Origin: Candidatus Kaiserbacteria bacterium
Lineage (GTDB): Bacteria; Patescibacteriota; Minisyncoccia; Phycocordibacterales; Phycocordibacteraceae
DNA length: 64,000 bases
NCBI GenBank assembly: GCA_963699165.1
Contig: OY969413.1
Span: 404,562-468,561, forward strand
Direction of reading: 5' to 3'
Below the pieces are notes generated by a model that had not been told where the DNA came from, did not search any database, and saw nothing but the letters and a program-made list of their open reading frames with translations. Position 1 is the first letter of the stretch. Each line of letters starts with the position of its first letter. Made by a program: the position numbers and the translations under genes. Positions 25,001 through 32,941 of this stretch are shown here, in pieces.

Positions 25001-26158
25001 ATGACTTTTGATCTTGCGGTAAATATTCTTGCACTTCTTTTCACGTTCTTCATTGCGGGAACGTTGCTCGGCGCCCTGTTCTTTAAACCGGTCCGCGAAA
25101 AGCTGGCGCGGATTTTTCGCATAAAAAAACGCCTCGCTCTTTCGCGAAGCACGCACAATCCGATTTTGAAACCCGACGCCGTCAGTCCTTGGAAAGCCGA
25201 ATCCGTGATGAATCCGGCCGCAATTGTGCTGAAAGGCCGAACACATCTTATTTTCCGCGCGGTCGGCTCGGACGGCGTTTCGCGGCTCGGTTATGCGAGC
25301 AGTCCGGACGGTTTTATTTTTGACGAACAACTTCCCTACCCAATCTACGCGGCACGAACCCCGGGCGGCACGCCGACGCGTGAGCGGCGCTACTCGCCGG
25401 TGCTCTACCCATCGGGCGGCAGCTGGGGCGGGTGCGAAGACCCGCGGATGGTCGCCATCGACGGCCGCGTATATGTGACATTCAACACGTTCATGAACTG
25501 GAACATGAGCGTCAGCGTGATTTGGTTTAGCGAAGAAGATTTCCTCGCGAAACAATTCCATAAATTGGAAGGACCGTATGTTATCGCGAACTCTCCGCGC
25601 GAGAAGAACTGGATGCTATTCCCGGAAAAGATTAATGGTCACGTCGCCGTTTTAATCGGCATCATAGACGAAGATGAGTCCCGCGTGCGTGTGGAATATA
25701 CCGATGACTTGACCACCCTCTCGCGGGCGACTTTCAAAACCATTGACCCGCAGAAAGTGCCGGATAGGCCCATCGCCTGGCATGTGCATGTGCGGAGCGC
25801 CGGGCCACCGCCAATCAAGACCGACCGCGGTTGGCTCGTTTTCTATCATGCACACGATGCGGCAGAACCAAGTCGCTATAAACTCGGCGCAATGCTGCTC
25901 GACCTCAACGACCCATCAAAAGTTCTTCATCGAAGCATTTGTCCCGTCCTTTCTCCGGACGAGTCATACGAAAATGACGGGAAACCGGGCATCGTGTACG
26001 CATGCGGTGCCACCGTCCAAAATGGGACACTCTATGTGTACTACGGCGGCGCGGACAAGGTTGCATGCGTCGCGACCGCGCCTCTGGATGATTTTCTCGA
26101 CGCACTTATCTCCGGCACCGAAATCGCGCTTGAATCGGAACCGTTACATGCCCCGTAA
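25001..26158 (+). CDS. Membrane-anchored GH130-family glycoside phosphorylase/hydrolase (beta-mannoside-acting family)
   Basis: N-terminal TM, then NPILKP...NPAAIV..FRAVGSDGVSRLGYASSPDG and GGCEDPRM, the GH130/PF04041 hallmark; five-bladed-propeller-like repeats. Confidence 0.7.
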   Translation: MTFDLAVNILALLFTFFIAGTLLGALFFKPVREKLARIFRIKKRLALSRSTHNPILKPDAVSPWKAESVMNPAAIVLKGRTHLIFRAVGSDGVSRLGYASSPDGFIFDEQLPYPIYAARTPGGTPTRERRYSPVLYPSGGSWGGCEDPRMVAIDGRVYVTFNTFMNWNMSVSVIWFSEEDFLAKQFHKLEGPYVIANSPREKNWMLFPEKINGHVAVLIGIIDEDESRVRVEYTDDLTTLSRATFKTIDPQKVPDRPIAWHVHVRSAGPPPIKTDRGWLVFYHAHDAAEPSRYKLGAMLLDLNDPSKVLHRSICPVLSPDESYENDGKPGIVYACGATVQNGTLYVYYGGADKVACVATAPLDDFLDALISGTEIALESEPLHAP

Positions 26159-26166
26159 TTACAAAC

Positions 26167-27276
26167 ATGGATTCTCAATCAACCCCCAGTCCCGAGCCGA
26201 TCGACGAAGTTATCGCGCCGTCGCAATTTGAATTTTTAGCATCGAAACCGAGCGTTGCCGCATACCGCCAGCACGAGGGCAGAGTCATCGGAGGCGACGC
26301 CCGCTTCAAGTATTTCATGGCGGTGACGCTCGACCCGCGAACGAACAATCGAAGCGGCATTGTCCGCTGTATTATGAGCCGCGACGGCGATGTCGCGGTC
26401 GAGGGATACGTTGACAGGAGCGAATTGCATCGCATCGACGGCGAGTCGCTCGAGCAGTTCGCCGTCGGCGATGAAATCGTCATCCGAAACAGCTCGGAAA
26501 TCATCTTCGGTCTCACCAAAGGAGACGAGGCGTGGGATTTCCTCGGTTTTGAAGACCCGGACATTTGGATAGACCCCGACACGCAGCTGCTGCATCTGTA
26601 TTTTACGATTCCTTTCAAACATCGGAATTCCGAGTTCGCGATTTGTCTCGGACACGCCGTGGGTCAGGATGTGGACTCGCTCGTCATGACGCAGCCGGCG
26701 CTGCTTCCGAAACAACTCGGCGGCCGCGGCAACGGCGCGAAAGAAGTGTCCATTGCTCCGAAGAATTCGCGCGGAGTGCATCTGAATCTTATCGAGTCGG
26801 CTGCCGGAGGGTTTGAGGGCGATTCGGCATCGGTTGCGCAAATCGCCGCCGCGAACGACATGGGCGGCGTGTGGGAATACGGAGACGTCGTTTTCAACCC
26901 GCTTGCGGAACGCATTGCGTGGATTGCGGGACACGCATCGCCCGGACCGCTGCTTCCCCGCTCGTTTATCGACATCGGCGAAGGAAAAGCGGTCGGCATC
27001 ATGAACGGCCGCGAGGCAAATCGCCGCGAAGGCGAATCGGTTTTGTACGGAACGTTTTCCGTAGGGCTCTTTATATACGATTACGAGAACGGAGCCATCG
27101 ACTGGGTTTCGCCGGAGCCGCTCATTCGCGACAGCGAGGCGCGAACGATAACCTTTGCGAGCCAGTTCGTCGAGGCCGTTCCGGGCCAAGAAGGCATTCT
27201 CTATGCACACGTCGACGACTCGTTCGTGCGCGCGTACACGCTGTATGCCGAAGGCATTCGCTCGCTTCTACCATAA
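26167..27276 (+). CDS. Divergent GH130-like beta-propeller glycosidase-related protein
   Basis: 369 aa; carries FEDPDIW in place of CEDPR. Sits between two clear GH130 genes in the same orientation. Confidence 0.5.
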   Translation: MDSQSTPSPEPIDEVIAPSQFEFLASKPSVAAYRQHEGRVIGGDARFKYFMAVTLDPRTNNRSGIVRCIMSRDGDVAVEGYVDRSELHRIDGESLEQFAVGDEIVIRNSSEIIFGLTKGDEAWDFLGFEDPDIWIDPDTQLLHLYFTIPFKHRNSEFAICLGHAVGQDVDSLVMTQPALLPKQLGGRGNGAKEVSIAPKNSRGVHLNLIESAAGGFEGDSASVAQIAAANDMGGVWEYGDVVFNPLAERIAWIAGHASPGPLLPRSFIDIGEGKAVGIMNGREANRREGESVLYGTFSVGLFIYDYENGAIDWVSPEPLIRDSEARTITFASQFVEAVPGQEGILYAHVDDSFVRAYTLYAEGIRSLLP

Positions 27277-27281
27277 CTGCC

Positions 27282-29276
27282 ATGTTTGTCATTCGCCGAG
27301 AACCCCATAATCCAATCCTCACGCCGCGCCGCGAGCATTTGTGGGAATCGCTTTCCACTTTTAATCCGTCCGTGGTGCGCACCAAAGAAGGCGTGCGCCT
27401 GTACTATCGCGCCTTTGGAAATCAAAATGCGCTCCATACGCCGATTGAAGGCCTTTCGAGCATCGGCACCGCTTTTTCCGAAGACGGCGTGTTTTTTCAT
27501 TCGCGAAAACAAGTTGTCGCGCCGCAGGAATCGTGGGACGCGTTCGGATGCGAAGACCCGCGCGTCACCTTCTTCGAAGGCCGTTGGTACTGTTTTTACA
27601 CCGCGCTCGGCGGCTACCCGTTCGGTCCCGAAAACATCAAAGTCGCCCTTGCCATCGGCAACGAACCGGAAAATCTCACCGAGCGGCATCTCATAACGCC
27701 GTTTAATGCGAAAGCGGCGACATTGTTCCCCGAGCGCATCGATGGCGACATCGTGATGCTGCTTACAGCGCATACCGATTGGACGAGCGAACATCCGCGG
27801 CCGACGATTGCGCTCGCGCGGGCGAAACACATCGAGGACTTTTTCGATCCCGGCTTTTGGCAGGAGTGGCACGACCACCTTCCCGACCACGCGCTTTCGG
27901 AATTGCGCCGAAACGACGCCGACCATATCGAGGTGGGCGCATCGCCGCTTTTGACCGACAAAGGATGGCTGCTCGTCTATTCGTACATTCAAAATTATTA
28001 TGACGAGCATAAACGCACATTCTCGGTCGAAGCGGCGCTGCTTGATGAAAAAGATCCGAGAAAGCTCACTTCGCGCACCGAGTCGATGTTTGTGCCGGAA
28101 GAAATTTACGAAGAATACGGTCTCGTGCCGCACATCGTCTTCCCGACGAGCATTTCGCTCGACGAAAACGGAATGCTGGATATTTGGTATGGCGCAGCCG
28201 ACACCGTATGCGCGAAAGCCAGCGTGCGTCTCGCCGACCTATTGCGCTCGCTGAACCCGGAAAAACCCGCGCGCACGTTCATCCGGGCCGCGCAAAATCC
28301 GATTTTAGCTCCGCAAGGCAGCGGATTTGAAAGCCGCGACGTCTTTAATCCGGCAGCCGTTGACGTGGACGGCAAGGTGCACATTTTGTACCGGGCGATG
28401 GATGCGGCAAACACTTCGACCATCGGTCTGGCGATTTCGAAAGACGGGGTAACAATCGACGAACGTCTGCCGGAACCCGTGTACGTGCCGCGCGCCGACT
28501 TCGAGATGAAGCTCGGAAATCCGACCGGAAATTCCGGTTGCGAAGACCCGCGCATCGTCCGCATCGGCGATACGCTTTACATGACCTACACCGCTTACGA
28601 TGGCGTACATGCGCCTGCGGGAGCCGTTTCTTCGATTTCAGTTGACGATTTTCTCGCCCGCCGGTTTGAAAAATGGAGCAAGCCGTTTTTGATTACTCCC
28701 GAGGGCATCGATGATAAGGACCTTACGTTTTTCCCGGAAAAAATAAATGGGAATTTTCTGCTCTATCATCGCATAAGCAATCAGATTTGCGCCGACCCCT
28801 TCGCCGAGCTTGCTCCCGGCATTCGCGCTAAGCGCTGCATCGATGTGATGGGGCCTCGCCACGGCATGTGGGACGGTACGAAAGTCGGCAGCGCGGCGCC
28901 GCCGATTAAAGTCGGCGAAAACTGGCTTGTGATTTATCACGGCGTCTCGCGCCACGCGACCTACCGCCTCGGCGCCGCGCTGCTCGACCCGTCCGGCCTT
29001 TCGGTACTCGCGCGCACGGCCGATGCCATTTTTGAACCGCTAGAATCGTATGAAAAAGTTGGCGAGGTGCCGAATGTCGTCTTTGCATGCGGCGCCGTTG
29101 TCCGCGATGACACGCTCTTCCTCTACTACGGCGGCGCGGACAAAGTCATCGGTGTCGCGACGGGCTCGGTCGCGCACATTATCGATGCGCTTACGTCGTC
29201 CGGCAACCGAGATTCGGCAAGTTTGAGACCGTCGGAGCCGGTGCGGCAGGACTTTGCCGCGTTTGCGACACACTGA
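27282..29276 (+). CDS. Tandem-domain GH130 protein (two complete GH130 modules fused, 664 aa)
   Basis: Module 1 HNPILTP...FGCEDPRVTFFEGRWYCFYTA; module 2 QNPILAP...GNSGCEDPRIVRIGDTLYMTYTAYDG. True start ATG at 27282; the ORF-track start at 26871 is rejected because it overlaps the previous gene. Confidence 0.75.
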   Translation: MFVIRREPHNPILTPRREHLWESLSTFNPSVVRTKEGVRLYYRAFGNQNALHTPIEGLSSIGTAFSEDGVFFHSRKQVVAPQESWDAFGCEDPRVTFFEGRWYCFYTALGGYPFGPENIKVALAIGNEPENLTERHLITPFNAKAATLFPERIDGDIVMLLTAHTDWTSEHPRPTIALARAKHIEDFFDPGFWQEWHDHLPDHALSELRRNDADHIEVGASPLLTDKGWLLVYSYIQNYYDEHKRTFSVEAALLDEKDPRKLTSRTESMFVPEEIYEEYGLVPHIVFPTSISLDENGMLDIWYGAADTVCAKASVRLADLLRSLNPEKPARTFIRAAQNPILAPQGSGFESRDVFNPAAVDVDGKVHILYRAMDAANTSTIGLAISKDGVTIDERLPEPVYVPRADFEMKLGNPTGNSGCEDPRIVRIGDTLYMTYTAYDGVHAPAGAVSSISVDDFLARRFEKWSKPFLITPEGIDDKDLTFFPEKINGNFLLYHRISNQICADPFAELAPGIRAKRCIDVMGPRHGMWDGTKVGSAAPPIKVGENWLVIYHGVSRHATYRLGAALLDPSGLSVLARTADAIFEPLESYEKVGEVPNVVFACGAVVRDDTLFLYYGGADKVIGVATGSVAHIIDALTSSGNRDSASLRPSEPVRQDFAAFATH

Positions 29277-29286
29277 TGCGCCTGTC

Positions 29287-30030
29287 ATGCCCAAGCTGAT
29301 TTTTTTCGACCTCGACGGTACGCTTGCCGAAAGTAAGCAGCCGCTCGACGATGAGATGTCGGCACTGCTTGCAAAGCTTCTGACCCGCACGGATGCGGCG
29401 GTTATTTCCGGCGGACTCCTTTCGCAATTTCTCAAGCAGGTTGTCGGGCGGCTGCCGATTGAAGCCGATTTCGGGCGCTTGCATCTGCTGCCGACATCCG
29501 GCGCGGCACTTTATGAGTGGCACAATGACGAGTGGAAAAAAATATACGAGGAGCGCTTGTCGGACAAAGACGCATTCCACATTCAGGACGTGATGCAGTC
29601 GGCTGCGGAAGAAACCGGCATTATTGATTTTGCACAGCCGTCTTGGGGCGAGCGCATAGAAAACCGCGGGAGCCAAGTCACGCTTTCGGCGCTTGGCCAG
29701 CTCGCGCCGATTGCCGAGAAAAAGAAGTGGGACCCTGACCACGCAAAACGGCGAATACTGCTGGAGAAAATGGCGGCTCTCTTGCCCGATTTTTTGGTAA
29801 GCATCGGCGGCTCGACGAGCATCGACATCACAAAGCGCGGCATCGACAAAGCATACGGCGTCCACAAACTCTGCGACCGGCTCGGCGTGAAAGAGCAGGA
29901 TGCGCTCTACGTCGGCGACGAACTGCAGTCGGGCGGCAATGACGAGGCGGTATACAAGACCGACATTCAAACAAAACCCGTAAAAAATCCGCAGGATACG
30001 AAACGAATTATCGAGAAACTGCTCGCGTGA
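29287..30030 (+). CDS. HAD-superfamily phosphomannomutase (eukaryotic PMM type, PF03332-like)
   Basis: HAD motif I FFDLDGTL; C-terminal SIGGSTSIDITKRGIDKAYGVH...YVGDELQSGGNDEAV aligns with the human PMM2 region [20 protein letters not shown]...FFGDKTMPGGNDHEIF. Confidence 0.7.
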   Translation: MPKLIFFDLDGTLAESKQPLDDEMSALLAKLLTRTDAAVISGGLLSQFLKQVVGRLPIEADFGRLHLLPTSGAALYEWHNDEWKKIYEERLSDKDAFHIQDVMQSAAEETGIIDFAQPSWGERIENRGSQVTLSALGQLAPIAEKKKWDPDHAKRRILLEKMAALLPDFLVSIGGSTSIDITKRGIDKAYGVHKLCDRLGVKEQDALYVGDELQSGGNDEAVYKTDIQTKPVKNPQDTKRIIEKLLA

Positions 30031-30345
30031 ACGAAGTGGTTTCCTCTCTTTGCATACTGCTCGGAATTTTTTTCAGCATGGCGGGTGATATTTTCTTGAA
30101 GCGAAGCGGCTTTCGGTAATTTTGGACTGCTTGGTCTCCGTGTGGTGTTTTATGCGCTTGGCGCCCTCCCTGTCGCGTTTGCGTTCAAAAAATTGCAGTT
30201 TGGGACGGTCTTTCTCATATGGGAAGCTTTCTCGGTCATAATTGCTCTCATTTTGGCGGGCTTTCTTTTCCACGAACCGCTGACCGCTTACAAAATAATT
30301 GCGCTCCTTCTTGCAATTGGAGCGCTGTGTTTCAGCTATATGTAG
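30026..30345 (+). pseudogene. SMR/EmrE-type small multidrug-resistance transporter interrupted by a +1 frameshift
   Basis: Frame A reads VNEVVSSLCILLGIFFSMAGDIFLKRSGFR* (stop at about 30119). Frame B continues (F)GLLGLRVVFYALGALPVAFAFKKLQFGTVFLIWEAFSVIIALILAGFLFHEPLTAYKIIALLLAIGALCFSYM. Together they give an EmrE-like 4-TM pattern of about 105 aa. Confidence 0.4.
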
Positions 30346-30419
30346 TCCCCCTTTACTTCGGAGGAAAATAGAATATGCTTCCCGAGGATATTAGTTAGTA
30401 TGACGCTTTAGTAGGGAGT

Positions 30420-31031
30420 TTGGGAAAAATGCCGACAGAAGCAAAAGATCGTCGAGTAATCGACGTGCTTTTGAGCCATCAAATTCTTCGGGATTTCAAT
30501 CTGGGAGAATTGCCCGATGAAGGATACGTAGTCGCCGCTTGCGGAGATAAGGACCGTTTTATCCACGGTACGCTTGACCATTTGCTGCAGCTGCGCAAGC
30601 CAGGTGGTGCTATGCCCCATCTGGTCTGTTTCAACGGAGGGCCATTGGTAATTCCGCTCTGTTCTCCACTCAACGCCGAAAACGACGGGAAATCTATGCT
30701 GAGGCAGATTTACGGAGCGGTAAGAATCAAGAACCTTAGGGCTGTCTGTACGATTGTGCATGCTCCATGCGGCGCGGGAGGTGATGCCAACCTCAACATG
30801 CTCGAATCCCTTCTTCTGCATGCGTTGGTACCGGCGGCCATGCGTGATTTCGGAAAAAAACGAGATTTGCCGATGCTAGACGTGATTCCGCTTTTCAACG
30901 TGGAGTATCCGGGCGCGGACGGCGAGTTTTTCAGAACCTATCGTTTCGAACACGAACTCTTTCAGACGTTTATGACCACCCCGAAAGCGCGTCAGCTCGA
31001 AGAGCTCTATGGGCGCGCGGTCGCCGTGTAA
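30420..31031 (+). CDS. Hypothetical protein (203 aa), lower GC (about 52%)
   Basis: Clean ORF with no recognisable motif; Cys/His-containing segment VHAPCGAGGDANL. Confidence 0.45.
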   Translation: MGKMPTEAKDRRVIDVLLSHQILRDFNLGELPDEGYVVAACGDKDRFIHGTLDHLLQLRKPGGAMPHLVCFNGGPLVIPLCSPLNAENDGKSMLRQIYGAVRIKNLRAVCTIVHAPCGAGGDANLNMLESLLLHALVPAAMRDFGKKRDLPMLDVIPLFNVEYPGADGEFFRTYRFEHELFQTFMTTPKARQLEELYGRAVAV

Positions 31032-31102
31032 GGAATGAGGACGAGACGCGGGCTGTAAGGCTCGCGTTTTCTCTTTGTCTCAGACCCGAATAATGCGCCG
31101 CA

Positions 31103-31582
31103 TTGTACGGATTTGCGTTTTGGTATACATTCCAAGCAGAACAGCACGCCAACGAAGGAGTTCGAATGGCCGCCTTTTTATTAATTGCCCGGGAATCGCC
31201 CGACAGAATCGGCGCACTGGCATTTGCGGATTTGGTTTGGGCGAAAACCGATAATTCCGCAAGGACGAAGTTGAGGAAGGCGCTCAAATCGCTGTCGCCG
31301 GAGATTTCCGATTGGAGATTCTGGACAGAGCGGTTATCGGACGACCTTTTAACCTACCTGCGCACGAATGCCGATGTATGCGCAAGAATCTTCCTGGTGA
31401 CAGGCCGACAGTTGCCGGAGCAAATCAATAGAATCATAGATGTGACGTTCGTATTCCCGAAAATGGGCGAAGAGGACAAATGCGAGGCGATTCGCACTGA
31501 TGCGCTTCGTGCGAAATATCCGCACATTTCGGAGTGGACGATAATCGTCCAAGAATTGACACTCAATCAACTTCTCCCGTGA
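31103..31582 (+). CDS. Hypothetical protein (159 aa)
   Basis: ORF ending 13 nt before the TSD of IS copy 2; no recognisable motif. Confidence 0.45.
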   Translation: MYGFAFWYTFQAEQHANEGVRMAAFLLIARESPDRIGALAFADLVWAKTDNSARTKLRKALKSLSPEISDWRFWTERLSDDLLTYLRTNADVCARIFLVTGRQLPEQINRIIDVTFVFPKMGEEDKCEAIRTDALRAKYPHISEWTIIVQELTLNQLLP

Positions 31583-31600
31583 ATTTTGCACAGCAAAAAA

Positions 31601-32680
31601 TGCATAAGTTCAGATACATTTGGCAGTCCTCATAACCGAGGATATATGCGCATCAGAAGCAATTTCAGGGGTACGAAGGGCTGGTTGAGCATGTGGGAAA
31701 GGACGATACGATTGCGGCATATGCGGAAACCAAAGGAAGTCGACAGACGGGTGAAGATATTGGGATTCTGGGACATGCACGGGACGGAGGCCGCATACGA
31801 CGCCTTTGGCACCTCGGAGCGCACCTTGTATCGCTGGAAGGAGGAACTCAAAGCCCACGAGGGCCGCATTGATGCACTTGACCCGAAGAGCACTGCGCCG
31901 AAGGCGCGTCGAAGGAGGACTGTTCTGCCCGAGGTCGAGGATTTCATCATCCGCGAACGACAGGCGCATCCCCGGCTTGGGAAAGCAAAGCTTGCCGTTC
32001 TCCTGCGCGAAGAAGGGTACTCCGTGTCGGAGTCATACGTTGGGCGGGTCATTCTGGATTTGAAGAACCGCGGTCTGCTCCCGCAGCAGAGCCGGCTCTC
32101 GTTCCACGCACGTACGGGCAATCACACGGAAACACCGCAGAAACGCCGTACCAAGCTTCGCCGCACCGGCAAGCGCGGCATGGAGCTCGATACCGTCGTC
32201 CGCTTCATCGACGGCGTGAAGCGGTACGTCCTCACGGCAGTGGACGTGGAGCGGAAGTTCGCCTTTGCGGGCGCGTATACGAACCACTCGTCGAGAAGCG
32301 CGGACGACTTCCTTCGCCGAGTCATCGAGGTTTGCCCCTTCGATATCGACGAGTTGCAGACCGACAACGGGAGCGAGTTCGCCAAACACTTCGAGGATGC
32401 CTGTGCCGAACTCGGGCTCACGCACTTTCACACCCGCCCCCGCACTCCCAAGATGAATGCCCACGTCGAACGATTCAATCGCACCGTCTCCGAGGACTTC
32501 ATCATGCTGAATCGGGGCCTGCTGCGGGACGATATTCATTCCTTCAATCTGAAGCTTGTCGACTGGCTGATCTGGTACAACACCAAACGCCCGCACCAGT
32601 CGCTCGGCATGGTGTCCCCCTTGCGGTATATTGTGTGTACATTAACCGTCGGGGACTGCCAAAAGTACTGGACGCGTACA
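31601..32680 (+). mobile_element. IS481-like insertion sequence, copy 2 (1080 bp), 5-6-bp TSD AAAAA(A)
   Basis: Same ends as copy 1; flanked by aaaaaa on both sides. Confidence 0.85.
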
Positions 32681-32689
32681 AAAAATTGA
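31646..32689 (+). CDS. IS481-family DDE transposase, copy 2
   Basis: Identical protein to copy 1 apart from the flank-encoded tail (..YWTRT then KN*). The TGA stop at 32687-32689 lies outside the IS within TTGACT. Confidence 0.85.
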   Translation: MRIRSNFRGTKGWLSMWERTIRLRHMRKPKEVDRRVKILGFWDMHGTEAAYDAFGTSERTLYRWKEELKAHEGRIDALDPKSTAPKARRRRTVLPEVEDFIIRERQAHPRLGKAKLAVLLREEGYSVSESYVGRVILDLKNRGLLPQQSRLSFHARTGNHTETPQKRRTKLRRTGKRGMELDTVVRFIDGVKRYVLTAVDVERKFAFAGAYTNHSSRSADDFLRRVIEVCPFDIDELQTDNGSEFAKHFEDACAELGLTHFHTRPRTPKMNAHVERFNRTVSEDFIMLNRGLLRDDIHSFNLKLVDWLIWYNTKRPHQSLGMVSPLRYIVCTLTVGDCQKYWTRTKN

Positions 32690-32731
32690 CTGCTGCAGTT
32701 GCATATGATTTTATCAAAAAGGAGGATTAAC

Positions 32732-32884
32732 ATGGAGTTCTACGAAGAGTATGTCGCACCACTTCCAGCGGTAAACGCCCGACAATTCGAGGGCATACCA
32801 CCACAACATAGTAACCGGTTCACCGCCATTACCATCGACCCAGACAAAACCGACGAGGGACCGCTGCTTCTTTCCAGCAACTAA
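32732..32884 (+). CDS. Small acidic protein (50 aa) with canonical SD, immediately downstream of IS copy 2
   Basis: aaaAAGGAGGattaacATG; protein MEFYEEYVAPLPAVNARQFEGIPPQHSNRFTAITIDPDKTDEGPLLLSSN; followed by hairpin acgagccca-cctcg-tgggctcgt plus a T-run. Confidence 0.35.
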   Translation: MEFYEEYVAPLPAVNARQFEGIPPQHSNRFTAITIDPDKTDEGPLLLSSN

Positions 32885-32941
32885 AAGCCCGACGAGCCCA
32901 CCTCGTTGGGCTCGTTAATTTTATTCAATGCGGTTATGAAT

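Noticed and set aside
26871-27281. N-terminal 137 codons of the 801-aa ORF 26871..29276
   Set aside because: They overlap the preceding GH130-like gene in another frame and are Arg-rich nonsense. The real start is the ATG at 27282, just after the upstream stop.
32681-32700. TTGACT-12-TATGAT beside IS copy 2 as a functional promoter
   Set aside because: The spacer is only 12 nt, so it is not called a promoter. The TTGAC motif is retained as a target-site observation.
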